DNA of 64,000 nucleotides from a virus. Its lineage: Duplodnaviria; Caudoviricetes. The stretch spans positions 64,001 through 128,000 of the IMG/VR virus record IMGVR_UViG_3300014208_000002. One strand, 5' to 3'. Position 1 is the stretch's first letter; every line of letters starts with the position of its first letter. The position numbers and the translations under genes were made by a program. Under the pieces are notes generated by a model, which was given only the letters and a program-made list of their open reading frames with translations, ran no database searches and was not told the DNA's origin. Positions 10,320 through 19,138 of the stretch are shown here, piece by piece.

Positions 10320-12971
10320 TTAAGCGGCTTCCCAATCCTTTCCACAATCCCACACTTGCCCTTTTAATGGATCAGCAATATTTCCTTCAAAGACAATTGG
10401 AATCCCCTCATATTCTTCATGTGCATATTCAGCCAACTCAATAACTTTGTCTCGGATAATTTTAATTTCACTTCTATGAACATACATTTCGATGGCATCA
10501 TGTATATTTCCGAATATAAAAGACTTTAGATTATTTTCTTGTATAAAATCGTGCAACGCCACCATTACTCGGTGCATCACTACACTCTCCATATTTTGAA
10601 TAGGGGAATTTAAACTAATATTTAATAGATTTGCTTCTCTCTTTTTTCCCAACTCGCTCGTATCATTTTGTACAGTTAGCTCTGGAAGTCTTCTAATCGC
10701 CCCATAAATAGAACGAATATATCCGTGCTTCTTTGCAAAGGCATGAGAATCTTCATGCCACTTAGTTAATCCTACATAAGTCTCAAAAAAGTTATCACGG
10801 AGTTTTTTTGCAACAGTAAAAAATACATCCTTCTTTTCTTTGTATGTTAGTGTAGTCAAACTATTGTCTTTGATAAAATCTTTACATTGTTTTTCTGTCC
10901 AATTGGGCATAACATCCATTGTCATTAACGCTGTTGCACCCTTGCCGAAAAGTGCGCCGAAGTTGACAGATTTAGACTTATACCGCATATCCGCAGGGAT
11001 AAACTCTGTTAATACTCTCCAATCTTTATGTTCTAAATCTCCCTTTAATATAAGTTTTCGTTCACCATTATGATTTTCTACAATCTGATAATACTTTTCT
11101 TTTTCCTTTTTTACTTTCAAGAAATCAGCTAGTAATATTCTATCTCCAAGAAGAATACTAACAGTTGTTTTACTATGAACATCACCCGACTGATTGATAA
11201 ATACATCAGTAAGTTCAGGGTCTTTAGAGACAATCGTAGCGAGTCTCATCTGTAGCCCTGAAGCATCCGCCGACATAAATACATAATCATCATTTGGAAC
11301 GGCAAAATGCCCACGCACAAATTCTGCATATTCTCCATGTGCAACTTGATTTTGTAAATTCGGGTCTTTACATTTATTGCGGCCTGAGTCGGCAAGCATA
11401 ACACTATAATGCGGATGAACTCTAACTGATCCATCAGCCCGATATTTTAGATATTGCCAGAAACCAGTATTTTCGCTCTTATCCCCAATGAAGGTTTTAT
11501 GAATAGTAGAGAGTGACCTATAACGAGATAATATCTCTGCCTCTTTATACCCCATCTTTCTATACTTCTCTAACACCTCATCATTAGATAAGTATATTCC
11601 CTTCTTACTCAACTCAATAAGAGGGAATCCTCTTTCCTTAAAAAGATTTCCAACAGCATCATGCGATTCTATATTAAAATCTGCTTTTTTCATCCCTACA
11701 TAGTCTAAGAATTCTTTTTCTACTTCTTCCAACTTTTGACGCATTATTTTACTTTCTTCTTCAAGCTTATCTGTGTTTACATACGCTCCTGTATATTCAA
11801 CATCACAAAACATATTTACTGCGGGAATAACAATTTCATAATAATAACGAGATAATCCCCAGCCATTAGTCATTGGAAAGTCTCTGTCTATTTGGTCTAT
11901 ATGTGCCTTCATTTTATGATATACCTGATAGGTTATCATTGCATCTTTTGTAGCATAGGGAATAAGAATTTTTTTAGGAATCTTGGAATAATCTTTTATA
12001 TTAAATTTAGTTTTGTAATCATCTAGGTCTTTATCATATCCCCCATAGTTGGTATAAATCCAAGCATGGGACTTTAGACTATTTCTGCGTATCTCATTTA
12101 GATTATGACCAGCATTCAAAGTATCAAAATCAATATGAAGATATTTTCTTGGTACTCCCATAGCACGAAACATATTTACATCGAACTTTCCATTGGCATA
12201 TATTTGAAATTTATCTTTTATGAATTCGGAGAAAAAGTTTACTCCATGATTTTCAATCGTTTTCCAATCTATAAAAAATCCTTCATTATTAGAGAAAGCC
12301 ATAGTAACACAAATGACCTTATTTACAGTAAAATCTAATCCATTTGTTTCTGTGTCGATTGCCATTAGCTTTTCATTTTTATATCTTTCATAGAATGAGT
12401 CTAAGTCTATAATTTCACTATAAGATAAAGTAGCTATTCGAGGAAGTATAGGCTTAAATGCTCTAATTTTTTTACACTGGAGAAGAATATGTGATTTTTC
12501 CCAAGTGTTAGTCTCTTTCATTTTACTTTGAGAGAAGGTAGGAAAAATATGGGATTTTAAATTAGGATCAAAAAAATGAGTCTTATTAAATACAATATCA
12601 GTAAAAGAGTCTGTTCCTATATCAAGAGACTTAGATATTGAATAGATTGATCTTCCGAAACAAAGAATTTTAGAGTTAGGTTTTATATAATTTCCAAGAT
12701 TTATAGATTCTTCAGAATAAACTTTGACAACAGCCTTTACATCTTCTCCTGCATTTAGAGGATAAGGGAGTACAGAAATAACAGAATAGGGTACACGAAG
12801 AAACTCATTCAGCAAATTTTTAAAAGAGACTAAATCTTTATCAAAAATAGGCTCATCCAAAAGAACAATAACTTCTGCATTCTCATTGTAGACAAGAACA
12901 GGGTCATTGAGGAATTTCTTTCGTTTCTTTATATTTGCATTTATAGGGATTTTCTGAAAAAAATCACTCAT
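10320..12971 (-). CDS. polA: family A DNA polymerase with 3'-5' exonuclease and N-terminal degenerate UDG-like domain
   Basis: ExoI AIDTETNG, ExoII NGKFD, ExoIII YATKDA; motif A DASGLQMR, motif B KSVNFGALFG, motif C IHDA. Confidence 0.93.
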   Translation of the reverse strand: MSDFFQKIPINANIKKRKKFLNDPVLVYNENAEVIVLLDEPIFDKDLVSFKNLLNEFLRVPYSVISVLPYPLNAGEDVKAVVKVYSEESINLGNYIKPNSKILCFGRSIYSISKSLDIGTDSFTDIVFNKTHFFDPNLKSHIFPTFSQSKMKETNTWEKSHILLQCKKIRAFKPILPRIATLSYSEIIDLDSFYERYKNEKLMAIDTETNGLDFTVNKVICVTMAFSNNEGFFIDWKTIENHGVNFFSEFIKDKFQIYANGKFDVNMFRAMGVPRKYLHIDFDTLNAGHNLNEIRRNSLKSHAWIYTNYGGYDKDLDDYKTKFNIKDYSKIPKKILIPYATKDAMITYQVYHKMKAHIDQIDRDFPMTNGWGLSRYYYEIVIPAVNMFCDVEYTGAYVNTDKLEEESKIMRQKLEEVEKEFLDYVGMKKADFNIESHDAVGNLFKERGFPLIELSKKGIYLSNDEVLEKYRKMGYKEAEILSRYRSLSTIHKTFIGDKSENTGFWQYLKYRADGSVRVHPHYSVMLADSGRNKCKDPNLQNQVAHGEYAEFVRGHFAVPNDDYVFMSADASGLQMRLATIVSKDPELTDVFINQSGDVHSKTTVSILLGDRILLADFLKVKKEKEKYYQIVENHNGERKLILKGDLEHKDWRVLTEFIPADMRYKSKSVNFGALFGKGATALMTMDVMPNWTEKQCKDFIKDNSLTTLTYKEKKDVFFTVAKKLRDNFFETYVGLTKWHEDSHAFAKKHGYIRSIYGAIRRLPELTVQNDTSELGKKREANLLNISLNSPIQNMESVVMHRVMVALHDFIQENNLKSFIFGNIHDAIEMYVHRSEIKIIRDKVIELAEYAHEEYEGIPIVFEGNIADPLKGQVWDCGKDWEAA

Positions 12972-13921
12972 GCAGTCTCCGGCATATTGTAGTCAAGATA
13001 TGAATTACTTTCCCAAAAGTCTCGTAAGAAGTCAATAGGGAACTCTCCTCCTCCAGCCTTCTCATGTCCTTTAATTCCTGTTAGATAATTTACATTTATT
13101 TTCCCTTCTTTCTGCGCTCGGACAGAAACCTTGCCATTTATTCCTCTATAGGAATTGATTGCTATAATATAATCTAAACCTTTATAGGTATTCAATAGAT
13201 TAAAACACACAATAGAAATTTTAGAAGGAAGAACTATGACTCCAAAAGTATTTCCTACATTATCTTTGCGAGTTTTAATCTCTTTTTTTGCTTTTTGAAA
13301 AAGCTCGTTCTCCTTTTGTATAACCTCTTGAATAAGACTCTTTTCATAGTCTGAAAAGAAAAAGGATTCAACAAGCTTATTATTTAGTTTCCTTACCTGG
13401 ATTTGAATAAACCGTTGTACTGCCTCATAACGATTTTTTAGTCCATAGGAGTATATCTTATAAAATATGCGGTTCAAGTTCTGCGCTTCTTCCCAAAGAG
13501 GAGAAGCATCATTAAAAGTATCATAGGTATTTACAAGATCAATAAATTTCTTTAACTTCAAAGGAACTCGCTGTCCCTTTGTAATATACTCAAAATAAAG
13601 AAGAGAGCCTGATTTGGTTTTACTGTAAGTTACATTCGGGTCATCTACAATAAGCGCCGTTTCATCATGATGGTCAAAGATTATATAAGACTTTGCAGTC
13701 TTTATATATTCGTATAATTCAGGCATCATAGATATATCCGTAACTGTTACTTCATCTTCTGGTCGAATAGAAAAATTATTTGGGAATATAAAATTGTTTT
13801 GATTATCTTTTATATCCTCGTAGGAGATAATATATACCTTATCAAAGTTAATCCCATAAAAATCGTTTATGATTAGTGGGCCGACCCCATCGAGATCGGA
13901 ATGGGAACAGAGAATTTTCAT
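12968..13921 (-). CDS. DHH/DHHA1 family phosphoesterase
   Basis: HSDLDG, VTDIS, FDHH, C-terminal GHEKAGG. Confidence 0.85.
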   Translation of the reverse strand: MKILCSHSDLDGVGPLIINDFYGINFDKVYIISYEDIKDNQNNFIFPNNFSIRPEDEVTVTDISMMPELYEYIKTAKSYIIFDHHDETALIVDDPNVTYSKTKSGSLLYFEYITKGQRVPLKLKKFIDLVNTYDTFNDASPLWEEAQNLNRIFYKIYSYGLKNRYEAVQRFIQIQVRKLNNKLVESFFFSDYEKSLIQEVIQKENELFQKAKKEIKTRKDNVGNTFGVIVLPSKISIVCFNLLNTYKGLDYIIAINSYRGINGKVSVRAQKEGKINVNYLTGIKGHEKAGGGEFPIDFLRDFWESNSYLDYNMPETA

Positions 13922-14208
13922 TTATTTATCCTTCTTATTCTCTTCTTATCTTTAGAGATATACTCATCATGTGAGTAAAAAAATATTCCTTTTTTGAACT
14001 CTTCCGCTGTTACAAGTTTCCGCCCAAGAAAACCATAAACTTCCACTTCAATAATACAGCAATTGTGCGGAAGCACCTTGATTACTTTTGCTTTTGTTTT
14101 CTTGTCTCCAAGGAGAATAATGGCATTCTCTTTAAGAGTAATAATCTTCTTTTTCTTTTTCTCAAATTGTTTCTGAAAGTTTAGTAACATCCGACTATTG
14201 CTCTTCAT
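13918..14208 (-). CDS. hypothetical basic protein
   Basis: ORF overlapping both neighbours. Confidence 0.55.
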   Translation of the reverse strand: MKSNSRMLLNFQKQFEKKKKKIITLKENAIILLGDKKTKAKVIKVLPHNCCIIEVEVYGFLGRKLVTAEEFKKGIFFYSHDEYISKDKKRIRRINK

Positions 14209-14740
14209 ATTTCTCTCCTATAAAATCCCAATTATTATGACGATTACCCATATATTTCTTTACTTCATCAAAAGAAATAGGGATACCTTTTAATGCTTCC
14301 CAAGAAACCGTCATGTGCTTGCCTAGCATAGGAAACTTATCTTCTATTATAGTAGAATGATGGTGGCCTGTCAAACACCATGCACCATAATGTGAACAAT
14401 TCCATGTTAACATCGGATAATGACAAAGAGTAATTTTCTGATCGTGTAATTTTATATCATAATATCCATCAACCCAATGAACTATTTTTTTATGCTTAAT
14501 TATTTTCTGGTCATGGTTTCCACGAATAAAATAAAAACGACCGTTTAGCCTATCAAGTAAAATATTTGGGTCACCCCTAAAATTAAAATCGCCTTCATAA
14601 TAAACATTATCTTTCTCAGTAATAACACTATTATGAGTAGCAATAATATGTTCATTCATTTCTTCATAAGAGGAAAATCCTCTCATATCTGCCATACGAG
14701 TATGATTTAAATGATAATCAGATATAAAGAACTCATTCAT
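14195..14740 (-). CDS. calcineurin-like metallophosphoesterase
   Basis: SDYHLNH, EGDF, RGNHD, LCHYP, GHHH. Confidence 0.88.
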   Translation of the reverse strand: MNEFFISDYHLNHTRMADMRGFSSYEEMNEHIIATHNSVITEKDNVYYEGDFNFRGDPNILLDRLNGRFYFIRGNHDQKIIKHKKIVHWVDGYYDIKLHDQKITLCHYPMLTWNCSHYGAWCLTGHHHSTIIEDKFPMLGKHMTVSWEALKGIPISFDEVKKYMGNRHNNWDFIGEKYEEQ

Positions 14741-15129
14741 TTATATATGCTCCAAAAGGATTTTGGTAGAAATATATTTTCTACTTCTTTAGCTTCCTTA
14801 AAGAGTGGTGCCATTTGTGATACTTTAAAACCGGCGAGTCCACAGCCAACTTCGGTGACAAGGAAATTCAAATGAGGTCTTGATATTGCAAAAAGAATAA
14901 AGTCATTTACATATTCTTGAATCATTTCAAGCGATAGCTGTTCAAGATACTTATTAAGAGTAGGAATAGCATAAGTCTGCCCAAAGAGTCCTACACCTTG
15001 CCCATAAACTGCGCCCCACTTTAATGCAGTCTTCGCCGCTCCAGCACCGTGCCTTCCACCTGTATTACTTCCAAAGCAAAAGATTTCATTAGGAGATAAT
15101 TCCGTAATTAACTGAGGGGATATTCTCAT
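14737..15129 (-). CDS. A1S_2505-like phage protein (macrodomain-related fold suspected)
   Basis: IFCFGSNTGGRHGAGAA...TYAIPT...VTEVGCGLAGF; GCGLAG is macrodomain-like. Confidence 0.7.
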   Translation of the reverse strand: MRISPQLITELSPNEIFCFGSNTGGRHGAGAAKTALKWGAVYGQGVGLFGQTYAIPTLNKYLEQLSLEMIQEYVNDFILFAISRPHLNFLVTEVGCGLAGFKVSQMAPLFKEAKEVENIFLPKSFWSIYK

Positions 15130-15331
15130 GACACATCCTTTATGTCTATAATCTTATCAGATTGTTGATTTACAATTTCTTCCCAAGTTCTTTTTCGTAT
15201 TTCATAATTGTATCCAAACAAATTCATATCAGTCCTATCAAAGATTGTTAATGATCCTTCAAGCACTCTAATTAAAACTGATAACTGTTTTTCTGTTATT
15301 TTCATATTATAAAAATCCTCCCTATAAAAAT

Positions 15332-15368
15332 AAAGCCCATAAAGAATCTTCTCTCTATGGGCTTTTTT
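15332..15368. terminator. intrinsic terminator hairpin (possibly bidirectional)
   Basis: AAAGCCCATA...TATGGGCTTTTTT inverted repeat with flanking A/T tracts. Confidence 0.75.
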
Positions 15369-15381
15369 AAGAAATAAAAAA

Positions 15382-15696
15382 TTACTTTGCCTTCTTGGGC
15401 TTTGTTTCAGTTTTCGTCTTAGGCTTCGCAGGAGTTTTCTTTATAGGAGCCTTTGGCTTTACTGGAGCCTTTGTAGCCTTCTTGGTAGGAGTCTTTGGAG
15501 AAGCTACTTTGCTATTCTTCTTAGGCGGAACCTTAGCCTTAGTTGGAAGAGCGTTTGAAACATCTTCAAAAAAAGATTCAATTGCTTCTCTATTCTCAAA
15601 GCCAAATCCCTGTAGAAGAATATCTTCATCCTTTTGTTCAGTTCCCTTATAGAGAATATAATCCCAATCCTCTTCTCCTGCAATAATTACAAGCAT
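15382..15696 (-). CDS. protein with Lys/Pro/Ala-rich histone H1-like tail
   Basis: C-terminal KAKVPPKK...KKATKAPVKPKAPIKKTPAKPK. Confidence 0.7.
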   Translation of the reverse strand: MLVIIAGEEDWDYILYKGTEQKDEDILLQGFGFENREAIESFFEDVSNALPTKAKVPPKKNSKVASPKTPTKKATKAPVKPKAPIKKTPAKPKTKTETKPKKAK

Positions 15697-15698
15697 TA

Positions 15699-15944
15699 TT
15701 ATTCCTCCTTTATAGATTCAAATATTGTTACAATCTCATCCAAAGGGTCATCTCCATTTTCATGGAGAACCTTCCAATACCGATATGCGGCAGAAAGAGA
15801 CTTCTTATCAGTTTGAAGTACATCTGCCATCGTCTTTATAAGCTCTGTATTAGAACTATTAAGTGCCTTAGCATTTTCCTTATTCTCATAGATAGTCTTG
15901 AAGGCTTCTATGAGTTGCTTCTTGAGATTGTCGTCAATTACCAT
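15699..15944 (-). CDS. small dsDNA-binding protein (T4 DsbA/GapR-like)
   Basis: 81 aa helical pattern LKKQLIEAFK...AKALNSSNTELIKTMAD resembling DsbA/DUF2312. Confidence 0.45.
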   Translation of the reverse strand: MVIDDNLKKQLIEAFKTIYENKENAKALNSSNTELIKTMADVLQTDKKSLSAAYRYWKVLHENGDDPLDEIVTIFESIKEE

Positions 15945-16302
15945 TATAACCTTCCTTAAAGTATTTTTCAGCCCTAGTTTTCATAGCAGAGAGTTCCTGC
16001 ATAACCATCAGAAGCTTGGGAAAAGTTTTCTCTACAAGCCAGGGGTCAGGAAAAGTACCAAAACGAGTAGAGACTTTGGATTTAAAATCTTCTGCCCAAT
16101 GATCGTACCCTCGCTCTGCCTTTCTTACTGCCTTTCCAATAGCAGTATCTTCATCAAAGAGTTCATAGCAACCTCCTGAACCCCTCCATTCCATGTCAAG
16201 ATCGTGAAGGATACTCCAACCGATACGATTCTTGTCAAGGGCTACGACGACACCGATCTTCCTACGGCTTTCGTCCCGAAGATACTTTACGAGCATTCGC
16301 AT
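15934..16302 (-). CDS. hypothetical protein
   Basis: ORF downstream of promoter 16330-16358. Confidence 0.7.
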   Translation of the reverse strand: MRMLVKYLRDESRRKIGVVVALDKNRIGWSILHDLDMEWRGSGGCYELFDEDTAIGKAVRKAERGYDHWAEDFKSKVSTRFGTFPDPWLVEKTFPKLLMVMQELSAMKTRAEKYFKEGYNGN

Positions 16303-16329
16303 ATTATATATCTCCTTTCTTACGCTATT

Positions 16330-16358
16330 ATTATAACCGGAAAGCTATAAGAAGTCAA
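16330..16358 (-). promoter_or_regulatory. sigma70-type promoter
   Basis: TTGACT-N17-TATAAT. Confidence 0.7.
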
Positions 16359-18457
16359 ATTATTCTTCCATCAGCAATCTCTATAATTTTTGATCCATAA
16401 GAAAATTCGAACTTTTGTTTTATAGTGTCATTATGAGTAATAATAAATATCTGATTTAGCTCTTCTTTATCTAACATATCATAAAGTACTCGTATAACAG
16501 TCTCCGTTATGCTAGTGGACATATATGCGTCGATTTCGTCTAAAATTAACACCTTTAATCCCGATATCTGTGTAAAGGCGATTTTAGTCGCAAGTTGGAA
16601 TAATGATTGTTCCGCTCCAGAGGCTAAACTAATTTCTTTTTCTCGCTTTCCATACACAATAGCAAGACCATTTTTTGTCTCTGCTATCTTTACATGATAC
16701 CTGCCCTTATATGTTTTGTCAAGAAAAAGATTCATGCCATCTTCAATTTCTTTAGACATTTGAGAAATTATAAAATTGGGAAGTTCTTTTTTAAAGATTA
16801 TAATTCCCCGTTTCCACATCTCTACATCTTCAACAAGGGCGTCTTTATCCTTTTTAAGAGCTATTAACTTTTCTTCGTCCAGTATTTTTTGTTTCTCTGC
16901 TTCTTTATTGTGCTGTTCATAAGAAGTAATTAAGATAAGGGTTTCTTCATACTTTTTAATCAATCCTTCTTTTACCACAATAGCAGAGGTAATTTCATCA
17001 GGAATTTCTACTTTCTCAAGAAGGAGGCTATCCAGTTCTTTAAGAGTAACTTTCTTTTCATCAAGAATAGTTTGGTCAGAGGAAAGCCTACAAAGCAAAT
17101 CAGCTATCTTAGCTCGATTATTTTCAATAAGTGCCTTTCTCATTTCTACTGATGAAAGTTCTGATTCAATTATTTTTTGACGAGCGATAATTTCTTTTTC
17201 ATGAGTAGAAACCATTGTAGCCAAGCTTGTAATCAGATTATTCTTTTCTTGAAGTAATCTTTGCCCTTCTAATAGCTTCTCTTGAACTACCTTTTGCCGA
17301 TCTTCTAATCCAGAAACATCTTTTTCCAATACTGGAATAGATAGTTTCAAATCTTCAATTATTACTCTTGTCTCTTCCAAATCCTCAGAATGATAAGGTC
17401 TTCCACACTCCGAACATTTTCCATTTAATTTATTTTCATAACTTTTTTCAGCGGAAGACAGCATATATTGAGATTTGCGTAACTCATCCGTCTTTTCCTT
17501 AATCTCTTTTTCTAAAGATAGTGGTGGGCGGGAAAGAATAATTTTTTGAATTCTGTTACTTAGTTCTTCCTCCTCCTCTTTAGATTTTATTTTAAATGAG
17601 TCAAGTTCGGATTTAAGAGAACTTATTCTAATAGATATATCCGAAGAAAGAAACTTCTCTGCATCCTCAATGACTATCTGTGTAGTACTGATAGAATCAA
17701 TATCTTTTTGAACGATAACTTCATAAGATTTTATATCATTTACTGTCTTTATCTGCTTTGCTAAATTACTTTCATACTCATTTTTTCTCTGTTGAATTAT
17801 GGAAAGTTTTTCCTTTAAAACTATTAGGGACTCTTTCCAGTCATTGTATTCCTCTTCAGAGAAAACTAAATCAGGAATAACCTTAAATAAATATTCTTTG
17901 TTTTCCAAAATAAGAATGTCTTTCTCAAGAGCGGTTATTTTAATAGTCAAAGAGGCTATATCATTTTCTAATGCTTCTGCTTGTGAACTAAAATCTAAAT
18001 TATATATTTTCTTTAAATTTTCTCTTCGGTCGGTAGGTGTGGCCTTTACTACATCATTCTCTCCCTGTGTATGAATCATAGAAGCTTTACAAAGAGAAGG
18101 ATCAAAAAGACTATAAAGTCGCTCGTTCACTGGAGTAGCGCCTTTTATTTTTTCAGTCGTTCCTATAGTTAATATCTTATCAGTTTTATTAGTCTTTCGC
18201 TCAAAAGAGTTTTCAATAGAGTAAGGGATATTTTCGTGGGAAAAGTGTATATAAGCATTGAAAGTCTCTGCATCCCAATTAAGTAAATCTTCTATTGTCT
18301 TTGGAATATGATTATTAAGAAGATAGGGAAATGAATTAAATATAGAAGATTTCCCACTACCATTTTCACCAATGATTACATTAAATCCTTTTTGAAAATT
18401 GATGTCTATATTTTTTGTGAATTGAAAATTGGTTAGTCTAACTTTATCAATAATCAA
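16355..18457 (-). CDS. SbcC/Rad50-like recombination ATPase (T4 gp46-like)
   Basis: Walker A GENGSGKS, coiled coil with CSECG zinc hook, signature ASGAE, Walker B LILDEID, ITH. Confidence 0.92.
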   Translation of the reverse strand: MIIDKVRLTNFQFTKNIDINFQKGFNVIIGENGSGKSSIFNSFPYLLNNHIPKTIEDLLNWDAETFNAYIHFSHENIPYSIENSFERKTNKTDKILTIGTTEKIKGATPVNERLYSLFDPSLCKASMIHTQGENDVVKATPTDRRENLKKIYNLDFSSQAEALENDIASLTIKITALEKDILILENKEYLFKVIPDLVFSEEEYNDWKESLIVLKEKLSIIQQRKNEYESNLAKQIKTVNDIKSYEVIVQKDIDSISTTQIVIEDAEKFLSSDISIRISSLKSELDSFKIKSKEEEEELSNRIQKIILSRPPLSLEKEIKEKTDELRKSQYMLSSAEKSYENKLNGKCSECGRPYHSEDLEETRVIIEDLKLSIPVLEKDVSGLEDRQKVVQEKLLEGQRLLQEKNNLITSLATMVSTHEKEIIARQKIIESELSSVEMRKALIENNRAKIADLLCRLSSDQTILDEKKVTLKELDSLLLEKVEIPDEITSAIVVKEGLIKKYEETLILITSYEQHNKEAEKQKILDEEKLIALKKDKDALVEDVEMWKRGIIIFKKELPNFIISQMSKEIEDGMNLFLDKTYKGRYHVKIAETKNGLAIVYGKREKEISLASGAEQSLFQLATKIAFTQISGLKVLILDEIDAYMSTSITETVIRVLYDMLDKEELNQIFIITHNDTIKQKFEFSYGSKIIEIADGRII

Positions 18458-18888
18458 AATTTCCCTCCGGGATAATAGGATAAAAGAACTTTATACATAT
18501 TAGGTGTCAAGAATTTCTTCGCCTCTTGTATTGTAACATATTGGAATTTATCTAACTCAGGAATAAACTTCCAGTCAAATCCTAAACACATAGATTTACA
18601 ATGAAAGGATTGAATAGGGGGAAGATTTATTCTCAGTTCAAACATAAATAAATCTTTATTTGACTGATAGGGTCTTCTTCCTAATGGACTAATTTTCGTT
18701 ATATATTTCTTTGCATCAAATCCCGTTTCTTCATGAAATTCTCGAACAGCACATTGAAGCTCATTCTCAAAAAGATGAATTCCGCCTTTCGGAATATCCC
18801 AATGAACTTGTCCTGTTACATGGCCGATAAGAAACTTTTCATGATCATGTAAAATAATTCCACAAGAACGCTTCATTATATTTTCCAC
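18454..18888 (-). CDS. NUDIX hydrolase
   Basis: Nudix box PKGG...CAVREFHEETG. Confidence 0.9.
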   Translation of the reverse strand: MENIMKRSCGIILHDHEKFLIGHVTGQVHWDIPKGGIHLFENELQCAVREFHEETGFDAKKYITKISPLGRRPYQSNKDLFMFELRINLPPIQSFHCKSMCLGFDWKFIPELDKFQYVTIQEAKKFLTPNMYKVLLSYYPGGKF

Positions 18889-19052
18889 TCACAGAGATGG
18901 CAATAATGAGTATCAGGATTATGTATTGCTACCCATAGGGGATTGTAAGTACACTGTGCTGGAGTAACAAGCTGAGTACCTCCTATACTTATATTATGCT
19001 CCTCTTTTGGTTTTAGATACATACAATTTTTACAGCTACCTATATTTTCCAT
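18876..19052 (-). CDS. small Cys-rich hypothetical protein
   Basis: True start MENIGS (AGGAGA SD); the longer ORF-track call overlaps a tRNA. Confidence 0.55.
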   Translation of the reverse strand: MENIGSCKNCMYLKPKEEHNISIGGTQLVTPAQCTYNPLWVAIHNPDTHYCHLCEWKI

Positions 19053-19065
19053 ATTTTCTCCTTTC

Positions 19066-19138
19066 TGCGAGTAGAGGGAATCGAACCCCCAAATACCTGT
19101 TCCGAAGACAGGAGCCATATCCATTAGGCAATACTCGC
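19066..19138 (-). tRNA. tRNA-Arg(TCG)
   Basis: GCGAGTA/TACTCGC acceptor, CCTGT-CTTCGGA-ACAGG anticodon arm, GGTTCGATTCC T-arm. Confidence 0.85.
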
